From Candidatus Multivorans sp. (GTDB taxonomy: Bacteria > Acidobacteriota > Thermoanaerobaculia > Multivoradales > Multivoraceae): DNA of 64,000 nucleotides. The position numbers and the translations under genes were made by a program. The stretch is taken from positions 4,800,001 through 4,864,000 of the forward strand of contig OZ245033.1 of the NCBI GenBank assembly GCA_965224025.1, written 5' to 3'. The notes beneath the pieces are model-generated. The model was not told where the DNA came from. It saw only the letters and a program-made list of their open reading frames with translations, and searched no databases. Shown here piece by piece: positions 57,014 to 64,000 of the stretch (within the stretch, counting starts at the first letter, position 1; each line of letters opens with the position of its first letter).

Positions 57014-58807
57014 ATGATGCTACTGACTCGTAGCGCTCGCAACATCCCCGCTCTCTCACTCGCCGTCTTGACGACGTTCGGCGCCGCCCTCTACGCCCAG
57101 TCCCCGGCAACGGTGATCCAGGGCGCCCGCGTGTTCACCGGCGACGAGGTGCTCGATACCGCCACCGTCGTGATCCGAGGCCGCACGATCGAGTCGGTCA
57201 CGCCGGGCGCCAACATTCCGGCAACCGCCGGCGACGACGCCGATGTCGTCGACGCTCAGGGCATGACCCTCCTGCCCGGGCTGATCGACAGCCACACCCA
57301 CAACTTCGGTCCGTCCCTCCAGCAGGCGCTCAACTTCGGCGTCACGACCGTCCTCGACATGCTCACCGACGCCAACATCGCGCGACAGTGGCGCCGGCAG
57401 CAGGCCGCCGGCAGCGCCTCCAACCGAGCCGATGTCTTCGCCGGCGGCGGCGTGACGGTCGACGGCGGTCACGGCACGCAGTTCGGGGTCTCGCTGCCGA
57501 CGCTGGACGATCCCGAGCAGACCGAGGCCTTCATCGCCGATCGTGCGGCCGAGGGAGCGGACTTCATCAAGGTGATCTACGAGGCGGGCGAGTCGGTCGG
57601 CCGGCCCATCGCGACGCACGCCGCCTCGACCCTGCCGCGGATCGTGGCCGCCGCGCACAGCCACGGTCTGCTGGCCGTCTTCCACATCAGCACAGCGAAG
57701 AGCGCCCGGGAGGCGATCGCCGCCGGCGCTGACGGACTGGTGCACGTTTTCTACGATCCCTCGGGAATGGACGAAGCGGTCCAGGCCGTCCGCGACGCCC
57801 GAGCTTTCGTCGTTCCTACCCTGGCCGTCATCGAGTCCGTGGCGGGCAGTGGCGGCGGCAGCGAGCTGGCGGCCGATCCACTGATCGCCCCCTTTCTCAT
57901 GCCCGACCAGCGTGGCAACCTGGACCGCGACTTCGGCCGTGAACTTCCCGAGTACCTGGAGCACGCGATCCGGAACACCCGCGCCCTCCACGAGGCCGGC
58001 GTGCCGCTCCTGGCAGGCGCCGACGCACCGAACCCGGGAACGACCCACGGCGCCAGCGTTCACCGGGAACTCGAACTGCTGGTCCGGGCCGGTCTGACCC
58101 ATGTCGAAGCCCTGCACGCCGCCACCGCCGCCCCGGCGGACGCCTTCGATCTGAACGACCGGGGCCGGATCGCGGCGGGCCTCAAGGCAGACCTGATCCT
58201 CGCCCGGGGCAATGCGACCGCCGACGTTCGCGCCGCCCGCGACATCGAGGCGATCTGGAAAGACGGGGTGGCCGTCGAGCGCTCGCTGGCGCCCGACGTG
58301 ACGGGACGGCAACCGGTGGACCCCCGGCTCGTGACCAACTTCGAGGGTCTGTCCGGCAAGGCCCTGCCCCGAGGCTGGATGCACTCCACCGACGCGATGA
58401 GGGGCGGCAAGTCGAGCGTCGAAACGACGATCACGCAGCGCGGCGACGGCAACGCCCTTCGCCTCGACGGCGAAATCGCCCAGGGCTTCCCCTTCCCCTG
58501 GTCCGGCGTCATGTTCTCGCTCGGCGCCGTGTTCATGCAGCCCGTCGACGCCAGCGGCATCGGCGCCCTGGCCTTCGATGCCCGCGGTGGGAGCGGGACG
58601 TACCAGGCGATGGCTTTCGGCGAGAGCCTGGGAATGCAGCCGGCGGCCGTGTCTTTCGAGGTCGGCGAAGAATGGACCCGGATCGAGATCCCGCTCGCCT
58701 CCTTCGCGGGTCTGGACCCCACCGGCGCCTCGGCCTTCTTCGTCGGCGGCCCAACCGAACATGGGATCTTCTGGCTGGAAGTCGACAACGTCGAGTTGGT
58801 GGAGTAG
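57014..58807 (+). CDS. secreted amidohydrolase with C-terminal CIA30/carbohydrate-binding-like domain
   Basis: Signal peptide; PGLIDSHTH, ADFIK, DGLVH, AGADA and ADLIL. C-terminal STD.MRGGKS..LRLDGEI..W.GV..LEVDNVEL. Confidence 0.85.
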   Translation: MMLLTRSARNIPALSLAVLTTFGAALYAQSPATVIQGARVFTGDEVLDTATVVIRGRTIESVTPGANIPATAGDDADVVDAQGMTLLPGLIDSHTHNFGPSLQQALNFGVTTVLDMLTDANIARQWRRQQAAGSASNRADVFAGGGVTVDGGHGTQFGVSLPTLDDPEQTEAFIADRAAEGADFIKVIYEAGESVGRPIATHAASTLPRIVAAAHSHGLLAVFHISTAKSAREAIAAGADGLVHVFYDPSGMDEAVQAVRDARAFVVPTLAVIESVAGSGGGSELAADPLIAPFLMPDQRGNLDRDFGRELPEYLEHAIRNTRALHEAGVPLLAGADAPNPGTTHGASVHRELELLVRAGLTHVEALHAATAAPADAFDLNDRGRIAAGLKADLILARGNATADVRAARDIEAIWKDGVAVERSLAPDVTGRQPVDPRLVTNFEGLSGKALPRGWMHSTDAMRGGKSSVETTITQRGDGNALRLDGEIAQGFPFPWSGVMFSLGAVFMQPVDASGIGALAFDARGGSGTYQAMAFGESLGMQPAAVSFEVGEEWTRIEIPLASFAGLDPTGASAFFVGGPTEHGIFWLEVDNVELVE

Positions 58808-58860
58808 CGGTCGGCACTGACGAAGCGGGCCAGCGGACCGGATGCGGGCAGGATGCCCTC

Positions 58861-58932
58861 GTGCCATCCGTGCACCCGATGACGGGCGCCCGGAGTGGTT
58901 CGCGTGCGGCGCGAGGTCGCGCCACACGGGTT
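58861..58932 (+). repeat. ~72-bp double-hairpin dispersed element (copy 2), nested within a REP copy
   Basis: Homologous to 8620-8691 (-) and 63774-63844 (+). Flanked by the REP left part (58838-58860) and TTCCCAGGG. Confidence 0.7.
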
Positions 58933-58968
58933 CCCAGGGCCGCAGCCTGCTGCGGCTACAATCGCCGA

Positions 58969-60189
58969 ATGTCTGAAGAGCGCACGCAGGAGCCACGCCC
59001 GAACGGTCCGCTTCACGGCATCCGCGTCCTCGACTTCACCAGCTTCATCGCCGGTTCCTACGGCGCCATGCTGCTCGGCGACATGGGCGCCGACATCCTG
59101 AAGATCGAATCGCTCAACGGCGACAATGCACGCCACTGGGGGCCCTTCATCGAGGGCGAGAGCCGGTCGTTCCAGGCCTGGAACCGGAACAAGCGCGGCA
59201 TCGCGGTCGATCTGAAGACCGCGGAAGGCAGGCAGGTGGTCTACGACCTGACCCGGGAAGCCGACGTGGCGATGGAGAACTTCCGGCCCGGAGTGGCGGC
59301 CAGGCTGGGCATCGACTACGACTCGTTGAGCAGCCACAACCCGGCGCTGATCTACGCCTCGTCCAGCGCCTTCGGCGGCAGCGGACCGTACACCCAGCGC
59401 CCGGGGTACGACCCGGTGCTGCAGTCGATGGCCGGCGCCGCGCACATGCAGCAACGGATGAACGGCGTCGCCGGCATCTGTCCGGTGGCGGTCTCGGACT
59501 ACATGGCCGCCGTGCTCGCGGTCGGCTCGATCAACGCCGCGCTCCTCCACCGCGAGCGCACCGGCGAAGGCCAGTTCATCGAGACCTCGCTGCTGCAGGC
59601 GATCATGGCCGCGCTGGCTCAGTTCTACATCCAGCCACTCGATGCCAAGGTCAGTGGACCGCCGGGGATCTTCCCGTACCGCATGTTCGCCGCCGCCGAC
59701 GGCCCCATCTTCATCGCCGCCGGAACGGACAAGTTCTGGCGCCTGTTGTGCGGCGCGATCGGCCGTGACGACCTCGGCAACGATCCGCGCTACGAAACGA
59801 ACCCGCAACGGGTCGGCAACGCCGCCAAACTGAGCGCGGAGATCGATCCGATCATCGCCTCGAGGCCGGCGCGCGAGTTGGAAGCGGACCTCATCGAGGT
59901 CGGCGTTCCATGCGCCGCGGTCCGGTCGGCCGACGAGTTCTTCGACGATCCCCAGGTCGAGGCGATGGCCATGAGTCAGGTCATCCAACACCCGAAGATC
60001 GGCAACCTGCGGATGGCGGGCGTGCCGTGGCGCTTCTCCCGCACTCCCGCATCCATCCGGAGACCCGCCCCGCGCCTGGGCGAACACACCGGCGAAGTGC
60101 TTGCCGAACTGGGTTACGACACCGAGCGAATCGCCTCGCTAGAGGCCTCCGGCGCCGTGCGGCGCGCAGACGAAACGAACGGCGGCTGA
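58969..60189 (+). CDS. CaiB/BaiF family CoA-transferase
   Basis: PLHGIRVLDF, GADILKIE, NRNKRGI, ENFRPG, RPGYD and APRLGEHT motifs. Confidence 0.92.
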   Translation: MSEERTQEPRPNGPLHGIRVLDFTSFIAGSYGAMLLGDMGADILKIESLNGDNARHWGPFIEGESRSFQAWNRNKRGIAVDLKTAEGRQVVYDLTREADVAMENFRPGVAARLGIDYDSLSSHNPALIYASSSAFGGSGPYTQRPGYDPVLQSMAGAAHMQQRMNGVAGICPVAVSDYMAAVLAVGSINAALLHRERTGEGQFIETSLLQAIMAALAQFYIQPLDAKVSGPPGIFPYRMFAAADGPIFIAAGTDKFWRLLCGAIGRDDLGNDPRYETNPQRVGNAAKLSAEIDPIIASRPARELEADLIEVGVPCAAVRSADEFFDDPQVEAMAMSQVIQHPKIGNLRMAGVPWRFSRTPASIRRPAPRLGEHTGEVLAELGYDTERIASLEASGAVRRADETNGG

Positions 60190-60226
60190 TGGCGGTCTCC
60201 GGCGCCTCCGCCGATCCGGCAGCGGC

Positions 60227-62545
60227 GTGACGACGGCAGCCCACGGCCGGGATCGGGGGCCGCGCGCGGCGGGCTCGGCGCGTACGGCTCCAGCCCGTGT
60301 CGTCCTCGTGGGCGCCGGACACACGCACATCCAGGTGCTGCGGCACTGGATCATGCGGCCCAACCCGGCAGTCGACGCCGCTCTCGTCGTCGACACGCCA
60401 ATCGCCGTCTACTCCGGCATGGCGCCCGGCCTGGTGGCCGGCCAGTACGAACGCCACGAACTGGAGATCGACGCCGTGCCGCTGGCGCGCAGGGCCGGAG
60501 TCCGGGTGGTCCTGGCGCCGTGCATCGGCGTCGAGGCCGCGGCGCGGCGGCTCCTGATCCGCGGTCGCGAACCCCTGCCATTCGACCTGGCGTCCTTCGA
60601 CGTGGGCGCCACGGTGGCCGCGCTCGACCTTCCCGGGGTCCGCGAGCACGCCGTTCCCACGCGGCCCATCAACCGCCTGGCGGCGGCGGTCGACGGTCGC
60701 ATCGAGGCCCTGACAGGCAAACGGCCGAAGGTTGTCGTCGTCGGTAGCGGCGCCGGCGGGATCGAATTGGCCTTTTGCATCGACGCACGGCTGCGAAGCC
60801 GCGGACTCGAACCGAGAACGACGATCGTCGAGGCGGGCGACGGCATCCTGCCCGGCTATCACCCGTCCCTGGCGCGCCGGATCGAGGCCGCGGCCCGCAC
60901 GCGCCGGATCGAGACGATCTTCCGCGCCAAGGTCGCCGCGGTCGAGGCGGACTCGGTTCGACTCGAAGGCGGCGGCCGGCTCGACGCCGACCTGACTTTC
61001 TGGGTCACGGGGGCCGCCGCGCTGCCGATCTTCCGCGACTCCGACCTGCCGCTCGACGACCGCGGCTTCGTGCGCACGCGATCGACCCTCCAGGTCGAGG
61101 AGAACGGCCACATCTTCGCCGTCGGCGACTGCGCGACCCTGACCGACCACCCAGGGCGCGCCCGCGCCGGCGTCTACGCGGTGCGCATGGGACCCTATCT
61201 CATCGACAACCTGGGGCGCCGGATCGGTGGGCGGACGCTCCGGCGCTACAAGCCGCAGGGCGACTTCCTTTCGCTGCTCAATCTCGGCGACGGAACGGCC
61301 GCGGGCGCCAAGTGGGGGCGCACGTTCGAGGGCAGGTGGGTCATGCGTCTGAAGGACCGGATCGACCGGCAGTTCATGGATCGCTTCCAGGCGCTCGATC
61401 CCGGCGGCGAGCCCCGACCCTGGCTCGCCGGCATGACCAACGAGGACGGCCGCGACGGCGTCGCCGGTGGCGCGATGGGCCACGCAGGCGGAGGCGAAGC
61501 GGCGCCCATGTTCTGTGGCGGCTGCGCCGCGAAGGTCGGGCCCGATCGCCTCGCCAGGGCGCTGGCGCGGGCGGGTCTGGACGAGAAGACCGGCCGGAGC
61601 GCCGACGTGATCCTCGATGTGGCGACCCCCGACGACGCAGTGGCGTACCGGACACCGGCCGGCGACCAGATCGTCGCTTCGCTCGATGCCTTTCCCGCCT
61701 TCACCGACGACCCATGGCTTGTCGGACGAGTGGCCGCGGTCAACGCCTGTTCCGATCTCTACGCCACCGGTGTCGCGCCCCGGGTCGCCCAGGCCCTGGT
61801 CACCCTGCCCCAGACCGCGGACGGCGAGGCGGCGGAGGAACTGCTGATCCAGGTCCTCGCCGGCGCCCGCGCGGCTCTGGATGCGGAGGACGTGCTCCTG
61901 CTGGGCGGCCACACGAACACCGGGCCCGAACTGGTCGTCGGCTTCCACGTCGAGGGCGTCGCCGGGAACAGCCACGACCTGCTGCTCAAGGGCGCGGTCC
62001 AGGCCGGCGACGAGCTGGTGCTCACCAAGCCGCTCGGCTGCGGCGTCCTGCTCGCTGCCGATCGGAAAGGCCTGTGCCCGGGTCGCTCGATCCGCGCCGC
62101 CCTCGCCTCGATGCAGATGAGTAATCGCGGCGCGATGGAGGCGGCCCGGCGCGCTGGCGCTAGGGCGGCAACCGACATCAGCGGCTTCGGTCTCGCCGGT
62201 CACGTCGGCGAGATGGCCCAAGCCAGCGGCGTCGACATCGAGGTCGATGTCGATGCTCTCCCAGCCCTCCCCGGCGCTCTGGAACTCCTGGATCGTGGCG
62301 AGCGCAGCACGAGCCACCTCCAGAACACCCGCCTGCCGCTGCCCGTGAAGCGCCAGGCATCGCCGGGGCCGCGGCTGGAGCTGGCCTTCGACCCCCAGAC
62401 CGCGGGCGGTCTGGTACTGGCGATCCCACCGGATCGAAGCGAGAGCCTGGTCGACGATCTCCGCTCCCAGGGACTCGCTTCGGCGCGTGTGGTCGCACAC
62501 GCCCGGCCGGCGCGCCCGGAGCGCCCGCAGTTGATCCTCCGTTAG
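60227..62545 (+). CDS. selD: selenide,water dikinase fused to an N-terminal pyridine nucleotide-disulfide oxidoreductase domain
   Basis: VLVGAGHTH, YSGM.PG, VVGSGAGG.E and FAVGD; then CGGCAAKV, DDA, NACSDLYA, GGHT, LTKPLG, ATDISGFGL.GH and DPQTAGGL. Confidence 0.9.
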   Translation: MTTAAHGRDRGPRAAGSARTAPARVVLVGAGHTHIQVLRHWIMRPNPAVDAALVVDTPIAVYSGMAPGLVAGQYERHELEIDAVPLARRAGVRVVLAPCIGVEAAARRLLIRGREPLPFDLASFDVGATVAALDLPGVREHAVPTRPINRLAAAVDGRIEALTGKRPKVVVVGSGAGGIELAFCIDARLRSRGLEPRTTIVEAGDGILPGYHPSLARRIEAAARTRRIETIFRAKVAAVEADSVRLEGGGRLDADLTFWVTGAAALPIFRDSDLPLDDRGFVRTRSTLQVEENGHIFAVGDCATLTDHPGRARAGVYAVRMGPYLIDNLGRRIGGRTLRRYKPQGDFLSLLNLGDGTAAGAKWGRTFEGRWVMRLKDRIDRQFMDRFQALDPGGEPRPWLAGMTNEDGRDGVAGGAMGHAGGGEAAPMFCGGCAAKVGPDRLARALARAGLDEKTGRSADVILDVATPDDAVAYRTPAGDQIVASLDAFPAFTDDPWLVGRVAAVNACSDLYATGVAPRVAQALVTLPQTADGEAAEELLIQVLAGARAALDAEDVLLLGGHTNTGPELVVGFHVEGVAGNSHDLLLKGAVQAGDELVLTKPLGCGVLLAADRKGLCPGRSIRAALASMQMSNRGAMEAARRAGARAATDISGFGLAGHVGEMAQASGVDIEVDVDALPALPGALELLDRGERSTSHLQNTRLPLPVKRQASPGPRLELAFDPQTAGGLVLAIPPDRSESLVDDLRSQGLASARVVAHARPARPERPQLILR

Positions 62546-62631
62546 GAGTCGAGTCGCGGCGTCCGCGCCGCGCTGACGCACAGGAAACAGGGTTTGTTCC
62601 GTGCAAGTTCTGCCGCGCCTAGCGCCGCAAA

Positions 62632-63795
62632 TTGGGCGTAAGTCGTGCTAGTCTCCTCCTCGTGCCCGCTCTCCCGCGCGAGAATGCGCTTGCCGGCGCC
62701 GCACGGCCCGCCACGGCGCCGGCCGGAGCGGTGCGCGGCCGCGGCGCCGCCGCCAACCCGAGGAACCGCTTCGAACGGATCGACATCGAGCTCGAGCCGG
62801 GCGAGAGCACGGCCGAACGGGGCGATGCTCCGCCGACGGAACTGTTCCGCGACGACTCGAAGACGGTCCTGTCGCGCAACGACTCGCCGGACCTCGGCTT
62901 CCAGTACAGCCTGAACCCGTACCGCGGCTGCGAGCACGGCTGCATCTACTGCTATGCGCGGCCCACGCACGAGTACCTCGGCTTCTCCGCCGGGCTCGAT
63001 TTCGAGAGCCGGATCCTGGTCAAGGAAAAAGCGCCCGAACTGCTGCGCCGGGCCCTGGAGAACGCCCGCTGGACGCCCCAGGTCATCATGCTCTCCGGCG
63101 TCACCGACCCCTACCAGCCGATCGAGCGGCGGCTCCGCGTCACCCGCCGCTGCCTGGAGGTGCTGGCCGAGTTTCGCAACCCGGTAGCGATCGTGACCAA
63201 GAACCACCTGGTGACCCGCGACCTCGACCTGCTCCTGGAACTCAACCGGTTCCAGGCCTGCGCCGTCCACCTGTCGATCACGTCCGTGTCGCCGTCGCTT
63301 TCGGCTCGCATGGAGCCCAGGGCTTCGAGTCCACGGCGGCGGCTGGAAGCGCTGCGCGAGCTGAGCGAAGCCGGCATTCCCTGCGGCGTGATGGCGGCGC
63401 CGATCATCCCGAGCCTCAACGACGACCAGATCCCCGCCATCCTGGAGGCGGCCGCCGAAGCCGGCGCCCGGCGCGCGGGCTACATCCTGGTCCGCCTGCC
63501 GCACGGTCTGCGGGAACTCTTCGCCGACTGGCTCGGCACGCACTTTCCGGACCGGCGGGATCGGGTTCTGAACCGGCTGCGCGAGGCCCGCGACGGCGAC
63601 CTCAACGACCCACGCTTTCACCATCGGATGAAGGGCGGCGGAGAGTACGCCGAACAGATCGGCCGCCTGTTCGAGACGGTTCGCCGTCGCGTCGGTCTCG
63701 ACGGCGGCCGGAGCGGTCGCACCGGGAGCCCATCGGCAGCCTCGTTCCGGCGCCGTACCGCCCAGCGGACTCTGTTCCATCCGTGCGCCCGATGA
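62632..63795 (+). CDS. PA0069/Rv2578c-type radical SAM protein (start uncertain)
   Basis: SLNPYRGCEHGCIYCYAR (CX3CX2C), TDPYQPIE and MEPRA motifs. Confidence 0.88.
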   Translation: MGVSRASLLLVPALPRENALAGAARPATAPAGAVRGRGAAANPRNRFERIDIELEPGESTAERGDAPPTELFRDDSKTVLSRNDSPDLGFQYSLNPYRGCEHGCIYCYARPTHEYLGFSAGLDFESRILVKEKAPELLRRALENARWTPQVIMLSGVTDPYQPIERRLRVTRRCLEVLAEFRNPVAIVTKNHLVTRDLDLLLELNRFQACAVHLSITSVSPSLSARMEPRASSPRRRLEALRELSEAGIPCGVMAAPIIPSLNDDQIPAILEAAAEAGARRAGYILVRLPHGLRELFADWLGTHFPDRRDRVLNRLREARDGDLNDPRFHHRMKGGGEYAEQIGRLFETVRRRVGLDGGRSGRTGSPSAASFRRRTAQRTLFHPCAR

Positions 63796-63844
63796 CGGGC
63801 GCACGGACTGGTTCACGGGTGGCGCGGGTCGCGCCACCCGGGTT
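63774..63844 (+). repeat. ~72-bp double-hairpin dispersed element (copy 3), supplies the radical SAM stop codon
   Basis: Perfect hairpins CCGTGCGCCCG-ATGA-CGGGCGCACGG and CGGGTGGCGCG-GGT-CGCGCCACCCG. Confidence 0.7.
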
Positions 63845-63887
63845 CGAGAACCCGCCGTCGCAGCCATGAGCGGGACCCGGTCCTTAC

Positions 63888-63916
63888 TTGGGTCTGAGAC
63901 CGCTCGCTGCTACAAT
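63888..63916 (+). promoter_or_regulatory. putative sigma70 promoter for a gene beyond the window
   Basis: TTGGGT-17 bp-TACAAT with an extended -10 TG. Confidence 0.5.
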
Positions 63917-64000
63917 GCGCGTCCGCTCGACGGCGGCAGCGGGCTCCAGGAACAGTTGAAGCGATAGGTACGTCGGTCGAACCCGACTCTCGGCACGCTG

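Overview
High-GC bacterial DNA, probably Acidobacteriota (Thermoanaerobaculia-like). The taxon is inferred only from a lineage-typical C-terminal protein domain, a VWFA-like protein and the REP family. The core genes are an S9 peptidase, an mrpE-F-G-B'-B-C-D-D/A cation/H+ antiporter operon, a Tat-signal PLP enzyme, an M24 peptidase, a sulfotransferase-like/aminotransferase IV pair, a GT39 glycosyltransferase, a wax-ester/TAG cluster with a phasin-like gene, an amidohydrolase-CIA30 fusion, a CoA-transferase, a selD fusion and a radical SAM enzyme. Two accessory regions stand out. (1) About 10.7-27.7 kb holds decayed toxin-antitoxin pairs, then a ~12.5 kb island bracketed by two diverged copies of an FAD-oxidoreductase gene. 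The island carries a truncated defence-like gene, IS relics and a three-gene unit: a PP-loop-ATPase/AraC fusion regulator with helically phased upstream repeats, a stand-alone secreted prodomain-like protein, and a ~2215-codon kexin-like S8 protease with phage-like beta repeats split by one in-frame TGA. (2) About 41.8-56.6 kb holds a higA pseudogene, a lone type I-E repeat, a 42-repeat CRISPR array, a type I-G effector module with a short Csb3-type Cas8 joined to a separate I-C-like cas4/cas1/cas2 module, a WYL regulator with a candidate operator, and an AAA-ATPase/PD-(D/E)XK gene. A REP family and a second ~72-bp double-hairpin element with compensatory base changes (3 copies) are dispersed through the window. 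All family calls come from motif recognition by eye; no database searches were run.
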